Source: Octopus vulgaris
Lineage: Eukaryota
Reading direction: 5' to 3'
DNA length: 64,000 bases
Assembly (NCBI GenBank): GCA_951406725.2
Contig: OX597822.1
Location: 98,642,001-98,706,000 of the forward strand
Shown here: piece by piece, positions 54,049-64,000 of the stretch
Layout: every line of letters starts with the position of its first letter
Numbering within the stretch: position 1 is the first letter of the stretch
The notes under the pieces: model-generated
Told to the model about the DNA's origin: nothing
Database searches by the model: none
Seen by the model: the letters and a program-made list of their open reading frames with translations, nothing else
Position numbers and translations under genes: made by a program

Positions 54049-54819
54049 TGTAGCAATAGCCATTTTAGCCATTTTGAAATGTGGCGCGAATTGGCAATAT
54101 GACGTAATGTCTTTGCCGAGGAATTGTCATTTTCCTTCTTTTCCCATTGGTTAGTGTAACTGCTCGTATAAAGATTCTAGAAGTTTCGAAAAGAATGTTT
54201 GTCCTGAATTTCGATTCTTTTTTATCAAATTGAGCAGTTGTAAAAACCCTGGATTTGGGGAGAGACTTTAGTGTTCGTTCGGTAGTCATTCAACTCCACG
54301 ACACTCACTCTTTTGGAGACATCGGTAAATTTTTATGCCATGTCTACGTTAATCACAAATCTATTTTGATTTGTTGGTTAACGTATTAGATAGAAAAAGA
54401 AATTAGCTAAGGAATTTAAAGTCGTTTTTCTTCGCGACTAAGTTATCTTTCTTCTTGTAAATAAATATAAAATGTTATATTTATATAAATAAAATAATTA
54501 AAAAGAAAATGTTTCTCTTCACGTTTGTTTTTCAACTGAGCATAGATAAATATGCATTTCTGTAATCTTTGTTTTATGTTTCTTATAGCGGTTTAAAGGA
54601 CACGATTAAAATATTCAACATACATGGTCGTTGATGTAGCGTTCCATGCGTATATGTCTATATGACGTTACAACTGCAGTTAGGGTTAAAGATACAATGA
54701 TAACACTTTATTATAAGTGACGATAAATCATTATATTTTCCCTTACTCGGAGGAAAGCCTAAATAAATAATATAACTTAAGAGAAAGCTTAAGGTAGAAT
54801 AAACCGACAGCCGCCAATA
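54049..54819 (+). repeat. 5' LTR
   Basis: TGTAGCAATAGCC...CCGCCAATA; direct repeat of 59317-60092. Confidence 0.95.
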
Positions 54820-54826
54820 GGAAAAG

Positions 54827-54837
54827 TGGTGACCCCG
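54827..54837 (+). promoter_or_regulatory. Primer binding site (tRNA-Trp type)
   Basis: TGGTGACCCCG is complementary to the ...CGGGGTCA-CCA 3' end of eukaryotic tRNA-Trp; 7 nt downstream of the LTR. Confidence 0.8.
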
Positions 54838-55134
54838 CCTAAAACAGCCTATAGGAAAACCCTATAGAAAATTTTTTTAAATAAAAAAAAATTATAAAAT
54901 ATAATAAACATAACTTACAGAATTATTGCTTAAATATTTTATTAACAAATATTTAAAAGTTGAAACAGGAAGAAAGCTGAAGAAGAAACTTAAGGAAAGA
55001 AAAAATTTAGCTGCACTTTCTAGCAATATAAAAATATTTTGAGCCGTTAAAAGCTTAATAACATAACGAAAAAAAAATTTTCTGTTGAGAAAATATTCAT
55101 ACATATATTAGAGCAGAATATAAAAGAATTTGAG

Positions 55135-55945
55135 ATGTCATATTTCGATAGAAATTACACACAAGCTTCTGTGAATGTATTGCCTAGTCCTCCGTGGACT
55201 GGAGACACCGTAATTTGGTTGGCACAAATGGAAGCAAGCTTTAAAGCTAATAAAATTACAAATGAAGAGCAGAAATACAATATAATGCTTAGCAATTTAC
55301 CTCCACCTCTAAGTAATGAAATTAGGGATTTGCTACTAAACCCTATAGAACCAGTTTCTTATTCTTCAATTAAAGAGGAAATATTGAAACGAACATCATA
55401 TTCGAAACAAAAAGAGTTTGCGAAGTTATTCAACAATGAATAGTTGGGTAATAAAAAACCCACACAATTTCTACGAAGAATGAATGAACTTCTGGGAAAT
55501 CAGCAGATAGAAGAATCTTATCTTAAAGAAGTGTTTTTCACTAAATTGCCATATAAAACTCAAACTTTGCTTTCGGCCGTTAAAAACCAAAACTCCATTC
55601 AACAGTTGGCAGATTTAGCAGACGGTATTCTGGAATTATCGTCCAAAGAAACTGTAAATGCAATTCCATCTATTTCGAATGAAATACAGGAATTACAAAA
55701 ATTGTTACCAAAAACAATTTGAATTATTAACAAAAAAAAAATAGAGAGTTTGCAACTCAAAAGAAACAGTCGCTCGGCTCAACAAAAAAATGCAAAGTTG
55801 GCGCAGGAGATCAAGGAACCCTAGTTTAAAAAGAAACGCCATATGTTGGTACCATGCTAAATTTGGAGACAAATCATTCAAATGTATTAAACCTTGTGCA
55901 TTTGATTTCCTTAATAAAAAAAAGGAAAATTCGCGAAACTTCTGA
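55135..55945 (+). pseudogene. gag: gag (in-frame TAG at 55441, frameshift ~55715-55745)
   Basis: PPWTGDTVIWLAQMEASF...YSSIKEEILKR; LGNKKPTQFLRRM; LADLAD; CWYHAKFGDKSFKCIKPC (CX2HX9CX3C). Confidence 0.9.
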
Positions 55946-55949
55946 ACCA

Positions 55950-58887
55950 CAGATTGGATGCGACGAAATCTGTGGATAATATCATAAAAAGTCGCGTATT
56001 TTTCGTCTATGACTTAAACTCGAAAGAAAGGTTTTTAGTTGATACAGGAGCAGCTTGTTCAATTTGACCTGTAAAGCTTTTAAAACAAAAAACCAAACCT
56101 GTATATTTGACTCTTCAAGCAGTTAATCAATCTGAAATCCAAACATTTGGAGAGATTAGCTTAACTCTAGATATAAATTTACGAAGAGAATATAAATGGA
56201 TCTTCATAGTAGCAGATTTACCATATCCAATATTAGGAGCAGATTTTTTGGCACACTATCATTTAATGGTAGATGTTAGAAAACAAAAATTGATAGACAC
56301 AGAAACTTCATTAAAAATTCAAGGAATGAGATGCAGAAAAAGCACAGTTAGTCCATTGTATTTCATAGCTTCCTCAGAAAATAGATATCACAGGATTTTG
56401 AAGAATTATCCAAATATCACGAAACAGTTAGCTCTAAATACCAAGTGTGTGCATTCGGTAGAGCATCACATCGTCACACAAGGACCACCAAGTTTTTATA
56501 AGCCGAGAAGATTATCTCCGGAAAAATTGAAGGTGGCTAAGGCAGAATTTCGGCATATGATGGATCTAGGTATAATCCGTCCTTCCAGTAGTAGCTGGTC
56601 AACACCATTAGTTATGGTAAAGAAAAATCTTATAGACTGGCGACCTTGTGGAGACTTCAGGCAACTTAATGCAAAAACAAAAGCAGACAAATATCCGATA
56701 CCCCACATTATGGACTTTGCAACTTCTTTGAGTGGTTGTACTATTTTTTCAAAAATTGATTTAGTGAGAGCATACAATCAAATTCCTGTTGCAGAAAATG
56801 ATATACCGAAGACAGCGATTACCACTCCATTTGGTTTATTTGAATTTCTTCGCATGCCTTTCGGGTTGAGGAACGCAGCAAACACCTTTCAAAAATTTAT
56901 GGACGAAGTAACAAGAGATTTACCTTTCGTATTTGCTTATATAGATGATATTCTCATTGCTAGTCCATCAGAAGAAGCTCATGAAGAACATTTAAAAGAA
57001 ATTTTCGAAAGATTGACCAATTTTGGCATTGTGATAAATCCATCGAAGTGTATTTTTGGTGAACCCACTATATCTTTTCTGGGTCATCTTATAGATAAAG
57101 ATGGAATTTCGCCCATTACCAGAAAAAGTTGAAGCAATAAAAAACTTTCCTGTAGCGAATAATTTAAGGAAGCTCAGAGAATTTTTAGGGATAGTTAATT
57201 TTTACAGAAAGTTTATTCCTAAAGTCACTGAAACCCTATATCCCTTAACTGAGCTATTGAAAAATAGAAAGAAAAAAATGAAGCCATAACTTGTTCCTGA
57301 AGCAAAATTATCATTGATAGTTGATGCTTCCGATGTTGGAATCAGTGGCGTTCTACAGCAATTTCATTGTAATTCCTGGCAACCATTAGCATTTTTTTCA
57401 AAAAAATTCAAGGCACCAGAAACTAAATACAGTGTGTTCGGCAGAGAATTGTTGGCAGCTTATTTGTCAATTAAGCATTTCAGACATCTTCTTGAAGGTA
57501 GGTCATTTACTTTATTCACTATAAACCATTAACATATGCGTTAAAAAGTTCTTCGGAGAAATATTCTCCTAGAGAAATTAGACACCTTGATTTTATTTCA
57601 CAGTTTACTGTGGATATACTTTATATCAAGGGTGTTGAAAATTCAGCAGCAGATGCACTTTCTAGAATGAATGTAGATTCATTAAATTCACTAAACACTA
57701 TAAATTTGGAAGAAATGTCTAAGGATCAAGTTGCAGATAAAGAATTTTCTTTATATAAAAATTCCAATTCAACTTCTTTAAAATTTAAAATGTTACTGAT
57801 CCATTCGTGTAGTTCACGTATTTGGTATGATATTTCTACAGGTTTTTCGAGACCATTTGTACCTCAAAAGCATAGAAAAAATGTTTTTTCTAGCTTACAT
57901 AATTTATCTCATCCAGGTATAGAAGCTTCATTAAAGTTGATATCAAGTCGTTTTGTTTGGCCTGGTATGAATAAAGATATTCGTTTTTGGGTTAAGTCAT
58001 GTATGTAATGTCAAAAATCAAAAGTACAGCGTCATCTCAAAGCACCATTAGGTACATTTGCAAATCCAGATGCGAGATTCCAACATATCCACATCGATAT
58101 AGTTGGACCTTTAACTCCATGTGAGGATAATATATATTTGTTGACGTGTATCGATCGCTTTTCTAGATGGCCCGAGGCTTATCCGATAAAAGACGTATCT
58201 GCAGTAACTATAGCAAAAACCTTATTTATCAATTGGATGTCTAGATTTGGCATCCCAAATACAGTGACAACAGATCGTGGTAGACAATTTGAGTCTAGCT
58301 AGTTCGCAGAATTCAATAAATTGTTGGGGATTAATAGAATTCGTACAACTTCATATCACCCACAATCTAACGGAATGATAGAAAGGTTCCATATGCAGTT
58401 GAAATCTTCATTAAGAACTTATTCTGATTCTAACAGTTGGTTAGAGGCTTTACCAGTCGTGTTGTTAGGAATTAGAAGTGCTGTTAAAGAAAATATACAA
58501 TATTCTCCTGCTGAACTTTTGTACGGAACAACATTAACTGTACCTGCTCAAATGTTCGAAGAAACTAATTCTTTCAATGGAGATGTTAATGATTATGTAA
58601 CTAGTCTTAAGAGATTTCTTACAGATATTCCTTCTTTTACAAGAAAATTGCAAAATGTTAAAAGCTTCGTTCCTTCTGATATAAAATCTTGGACACATGT
58701 ATTTATTCGTAACGATGCTGCTCATAATTCACTGAAATATAAATACACCGGACCTTTTAAAGTCTTGTCAGTTAGAGACAAAACTATGAGTTTGGAAATA
58801 AATGGAAAAAAAAGAAAATTTCAGTGTCGACAGAGTAAAAAAAAGCTTATTTCGACCAACATTCATGTCATGAAAATGAAGATGTGA
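55950..58887 (+). pseudogene. pol: pol (PR-RT-RNase H-IN) with stops and frameshifts
   Basis: FLVDTGA; ILGADFL; [11 protein letters not shown]; [14 protein letters not shown]; [13 protein letters not shown]; FAYIDDILI; IVDASDVG; HNLSHPG...VKSC..C; HIDIVGP; [10 protein letters not shown]; YHPQSNGMIERFH. Confidence 0.95.
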
Positions 58888-59316
58888 GCAATACATATCA
58901 ACATAACTTGAAACAAAGTGATATTCAAAGAAACAAATCCGATGTTAATGGAAAAACAAAGTCAATTTTGAAATTACCTACAGATGTGAAAAAAACTAGA
59001 AGTGGCAGAATTGTACATTTTCCAAAAAAAACTTTCTCAGTTTGTTTGAAGATTTTCAAAAAGTTTTGTTTATATTCCTTGATTATATATATATATATAA
59101 ATTTTTTTTTCCAGTGAAATGAAATGAACTGTATATAAACATTATAATTGTAAGCCGTATTGGAAAGGCTAATTTCATATGTTTAACATGTAAATTATAA
59201 ATGCATTTGTATATATTGATACGTTGTAACCATTAATTCAAATGTTGTATAAAAAAAAATATGTATTACGAATTTCCTTTCGCAAAATTTTAACAATTTT
59301 TCCGGCGAGAGGCTGA

Positions 59317-60089
59317 TGTAGCAATAGCCATTTTAGCCATTTTGAAATGTGGCGCGAATTGGCAATATGACGTAATGTCTTTGCCGAGGAATTGTCATTT
59401 TCCTTCTTTTCCCATTGGTTAGTGTAACTGCTCGTATAAAGATTCTAGAAGTTTCGAAAAGAATGTTTGTCCTGAATTTCGATTCTTTTTGATCAGGTTG
59501 AGCAGTTGTAAAAACCCTGGATTTGAGGAGAGACTTTAGTGTTCGTTCGGTAGTCATTCAACTCCACGACACTCACTCTTTTGGAGGCATCGGTAAATTT
59601 TTATGCCATATCTACGTTAATCACAAATCTATTTTGATTTGTTGGTTAACGTATTAGATAGAAAAAGAAATTAGCTAAGGAATTTAAAGTCGTTTTTCTT
59701 CACGACTAAGTTATCTTTCTTCTTGTAACTAAATATAAAATGTTATATTTATATAAATAAAATAATTAAAAAGAAAATGTTTCTCTTCACGTTTGTTTTT
59801 CAACGGAGCATATATAAATATGCATTTCTTTAATCTTTGTTTTATGTTTCTTATAGCGGTTTAAAGGACACGATTAAAATATTCAACATACATGGTCGTT
59901 GATGTAGCGTTCCATGCGTATATGTCTATATGACGTTACAACTGCAGTTAGGGTTAAAGATACAATGACAACACTTTAGTATAAGTGACGATAAATCATT
60001 ATATTTTCCCTTACTCAGAGGAACGCCTTAATAAATAATATAACTTAAGAGAAAGCTTAAGGTAGAATAAACCGACGACAGCCGCCGTA

Positions 60090-60092
<3 letters not shown>
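59317..60092 (+). repeat. 3' LTR
   Basis: Preceded by purine-rich GGCGAGAGGCTGA; about 16 substitutions and 2 small indels relative to the 5' LTR, by manual comparison. Confidence 0.95.
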
Positions 60093-60177
<85 letters not shown>

Positions 60178-61105
60178 TATATATGCATATATATATATAT
60201 TTACATATATATGTATGCATGTACGTATGTATATGTATGTATGTATATATATACATGAATTTTTGATCCAAACAAGTAGTGATACAGAAGAAATAATGTT
60301 GAAAATTCACAAAGACTATATTGGTACTTATTTATATTCAATGTACAAATACGTCTTGACCGGTTTCATATTTGATTTTCAAAAGTGTATGATAAAGTCA
60401 GTTGTGTCGCGACTTTTGATATTTCGGGTCATTTTTGTAAATACTGTTTGTTTTAAACGAAGGAATGTAACTCAGAATGCTTTTCCATTAATGTACAGAT
60501 TGATTAGTAAATATTTATTCGACAACCACGTGTGAAGGTCACGTATTGGCTTTTCTTCATTGAATACGTCATAGACAGTTAGAAAATGGAGATATGAATA
60601 ATTGATATTTATCTTATTGTGTTTTCGCTCACTTTTATGTCTGGAACAATAAAGACCGAATATTGACTCTAATTAAGGAAAAATAACTGTTTACAATGAC
60701 TGTCGAAGGAAATATCTAATTGACTAATTGCTTTAAATGTAATATAGTATGATAAAATAAATAAAATATAAAATAATGAATGTAAACATAAAATATTATA
60801 TAGTATAATATAATAATAGTAATTATTAAGCGTATTATGATACGAGAGGCCTCACGGAAAACTTAACTGTTTCACAAATTGAAGAGTCAAATTGATATAA
60901 AGTCTACCCATAACTTGGATGAGATCTCGTTAGGGCATTTAACTGTCATAATAAAGTATACGCTACATAATTGTGTAGTGAAAAGCCATTTTTAATATAT
61001 ATATACCGGAGTAAACACATAAATGTGAAACAAGGTGGAAAAAAGAGTACTCAAATACCAGTGGTAGAGTAATATGCTTTATTTAAAATCAGCAGAAAAT
61101 TCAAC

Positions 61106-61216
61106 AAAACCTGTTACTCTCAGTTTCACGTTCCCGTTCGTCGGACAGTTTTTGCTAGAATACTCTAGCAAAAACTGTCCGACGAACGGGAACGTGAAAC
61201 TCAGAGTAACAGGTTT

Positions 61217-61217
<1 letters not shown>
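61106..61217. repeat. 54-bp-stem hairpin made of two inverted hammerhead copies
   Basis: aaaacctgttactctcagtttcacgttcccgttcgtcggacagtttttgctaga-atac-tctagcaaaaactgtccgacgaacgggaacgtgaaactcagagtaacaggtttt; one mismatch. Confidence 0.93.
61175..61212 (+). ncRNA. Type-I hammerhead ribozyme, U4C core variant
   Basis: CTGT CCGACGA ACG GGAA CGT GAAA CTC A GAG TA^ACAG. Helix I CTGT/ACAG, GNRA-capped helix II. Confidence 0.65.

Positions 61218-61282
<65 letters not shown>
61218..61282. repeat. (GA)n microsatellite
   Basis: Direct reading. Confidence 0.95.
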
Positions 61283-61285
<3 letters not shown>

Positions 61286-61865
61286 CCAGACAGACAGATA
61301 TGACCATCATAATTTACAAAAATGACTCAAGGGTCGCGAGTTTCGTGCATCGAAATTTTTTAAGTGAAAAACAAAGGCGTTTTCGGCGTATGAACCAACA
61401 GAAAAGTGCACCCGCGTTTTGTTATCAAAACAAGACGACGACCTGTATATGTTCGGACATGTTCGGTCAACCGTGTCAGCCTTAACTTACGACACCAAAC
61501 CTTGTTACTTGATACTAACACACAGACGTATCGGGGAACCTACAAAGATTTCTAAGACCAGTCATGTGACTGTCCTCTACCAATCAAATCGTATACAAGA
61601 GATAAACTAATTTGAGCCATGAACCTCCTATAAAAATAGGACAAGCTTCAAACACCAGTCAGAAGCAAGGCAGCTGCGACATAAACCACGGCTTTCTGTT
61701 TGAACTTTTTGAAAATCAGTGTAAGCTGGGAAACCGGTTAAAGCTTTAAATATATTAATAAAAAATATTTTTACTGTTCTCAGTGCATTTTCAAATTCTT
61801 TTTTCCTGTATTTTCTACCCGTGTGGAATAAAATAATTTTGTTTTCTAATCTTTCCTTTTCCTAT

Positions 61866-61900
61866 GTTTCTGACGAAGAGCTCCGCTCGAAACGTTAAAT
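61866..61900 (+). ncRNA. Minimal type-I hammerhead ribozyme
   Basis: GTTT CTGACGA A GAGC TCC GCTC GAAA CG TT^AAAT. Confidence 0.7.
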
Positions 61901-62004
61901 CCTCCTTCTTTCTTTCCTTTCCTGAGTGTCCAATAACACTATACTTGTTCCATGTCCTCGCGTTGTTGTGTCTTCTCTTTGTGTTTTCATGTTTTGATTA
62001 ACTG

Positions 62005-62035
<31 letters not shown>

Positions 62036-62306
62036 GATTAAACGAAAATTTAACTCGCAAAACTATGATGAACTATATATACAAGAAGAGGTAGTAAATG
62101 ACATTAAACAGTTAGGGCTTCGGACCATCCGTCGGCAGCTGCTGAAGGAGTATGGTCACGTTGCTTCTATTTTGTCATGTGTATCTTGTTTATACTTATC
62201 TATACTATTTCATGGTAGCGCCTCGCAATTAAATGTTTATTCCATATTTATGATAATTTTCAGCAAGTCCTTGGGCAAAAATTTCTACAATAGCCTCGGG
62301 TCAACA

Positions 62307-62342
62307 AAAGCATTGTGAGTGAAATTGGTAGACGTATGTATG

Positions 62343-62376
<34 letters not shown>

Positions 62377-62570
62377 TGTATGTATGTATGTACGTACGTA
62401 TGTATGTATGTAAGTGTGTGTATGTATGTTAAGTTAAGTTAATTTTTTGGCTTAACTTAACATACATACACACACATACATACATACGTACGTACGTACA
62501 TACATACATACATACATACATGCATACATACATACATACATACGTATACCAATTTCACTCACAATGCTTT
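62307..62570. repeat. Fold-back inversion of SINE fragment plus (TATG)n
   Basis: aaagcattgtgagtgaaattggta..(tatg)n..gttaagttaag / cttaacttaac..(cata)n..taccaatttcactcacaatgcttt. Confidence 0.85.
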
Positions 62571-62584
62571 TATATGTATGTATG

Positions 62585-62618
<34 letters not shown>

Positions 62619-62664
62619 TGTATGTATGTATGTATGTATGTATGTATGTATGTATGTATGTATG

Positions 62665-62971
62665 AAGGTGCGTTGTTTAGTGGTTCGGGTATTTAACTAA
62701 CGATTGTAAGGTTGCAAGTTCATTCCCAGTAACGCGTTGTGTCCTTGAGCAAGACACCTTATTTCACGTCGCTCCAGTGCACTCAGCTGGCAAAGGTGAG
62801 TAGTACCTGTATTTCAAGGGGCCGGCCTTGTCACACTCTGTGTCACGCTGAATCTCCCTAAGAACTACATTAGGATTACACGTGTCTGTTGATTGCTCAG
62901 TTAATTTCACGAGCAAGCTCTTCCGTTGATCGCATCAGCCGGGCGCCTCGTTGCGTAACCGACGGAGTGCT
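62665..62971 (+). mobile_element. tRNA/CORE-like SINE (family D)
   Basis: TTTAGTGGTTCGGG head, GTGTCCTTGAGCAAGACAC core; 3' part shared with 50010-50200. Confidence 0.78.
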
Positions 62972-64000
62972 CCTCATGTATGTGTATGCGTGCATATATG
63001 TGTGTATGTATGTGATTGCATGAGTGTGTCTTTGCGTGTGTGTATAAACATACCTGCATATTTATACACTCACACAGACACACACAATCAGACACATACT
63101 CATACACGCACACAAACACACACATGTTTACACAATGCTCATACACACATGTCTCTACGTACGTACCGTCTCTTTAGAGGCGTATTCTTACTCTCCTGTA
63201 TTTCAAATGCTTGTTTGTAAGAGACTGAAAATGTAATTTACCCATTTGGTATGTTCTCATTGTTATAAATTTGAAACAATCACTTGCTACGGTTTCTTAT
63301 ACCATTCGGTATGTATTACAACCACTTTACATTGAATTATGGTATCCTGAAATTGGAAAAATCTATGGAAATTTAGTGTGTGTGTGTGTGTGTACACACA
63401 GATATATATATATATATATATATATATTTTCGGAAATATCATTTTTTGGACAAAAACAAATTTTCTCTATCAAGGTCTGTACCATGCTCTTAGCGCTAAA
63501 GTAAGTGAAGACATATTGCGTTGTTCTCACATTAGCTCATATAGTGTACAAAGAATGTGCGAAAGTAATAGAAATACGAGGAAACCATCAAGGAAACAGA
63601 AGTCGTTACATAATAAATGATGATGTAAAGATCTGGTATAGTGTATTTTGCGTCTATTTGCCTTTAATAATAATCTATGTTGGCACATCTGATGAATCGA
63701 CATCAAAGTTTTATTAGAAATTATTACTGATATTGTTGCTTAGTACCAGGTCATCTCTCACCAAGTTGATATATGCTCAATAAATATTCCAGCCATGGCC
63801 TTCTCACCTTTCCTGTTAGCATCGAATACAGCCCATATCATAGTAATGATACAGGAGTCTTCTCGTTTCACCGTTACTTGTGTCTGTTCTCAAAGTTCGA
63901 ATATCATTGGAAGAATGACTCACCTACTAAAAGCAAATTCTTAATTCAAATTTTGCACAAGGCCAATAATTTGGGGGGAGTGGGTAAGCCGATTACGTCG

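Larger units (their letters stand above)
54049..60092 (+). mobile_element. Ty3/Gypsy LTR retrotransposon, CsRn1/Boudicca-like, full length but disabled
   Basis: Two ~770-bp LTRs, tRNA-Trp-type PBS, gag with CHCC knuckle, PR-RT-RH-IN order; inserted in (TA)n. Confidence 0.96.

Noticed and set aside
54065-54289. 74-aa antisense ORF repeated at 59333-59557
   Set aside because: It is duplicated only because it lies in the LTRs; no coding evidence.

Overview
AT-rich, microsatellite-dense, repeat-dominated eukaryotic DNA. The SINE families and repeat landscape look like an octopus (coleoid cephalopod) intergenic or intronic region; this is inference from recall, not a database result. No host protein-coding gene can be supported, and most ORF-track entries are microsatellite translations. 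The window holds: a near full-length but disabled Ty3/Gypsy LTR retrotransposon of the CsRn1/Boudicca type (54049-60092); two decayed mariner (DD34D) copies; a maT (DD37D)-like fragment; a Chapaev3-like DNA transposon; a Helitron helicase fragment; R4/Dong-like REL-LINE fragments in (TAA)n repeats; Penelope-like (PLE) RT and GIY-YIG fragments; and many tRNA-derived SINEs. The most interesting signal is a dense set of minimal type-I hammerhead ribozyme motifs (about 14 copies at roughly 10 loci). Many have palindromic helix III and variant cores, and many lie in short fold-back elements inserted in microsatellites. One is attached to a tRNA-like head, suggesting a PLE-mobilised ribozyme SINE/retrozyme. 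All structures and coordinates were read by eye.
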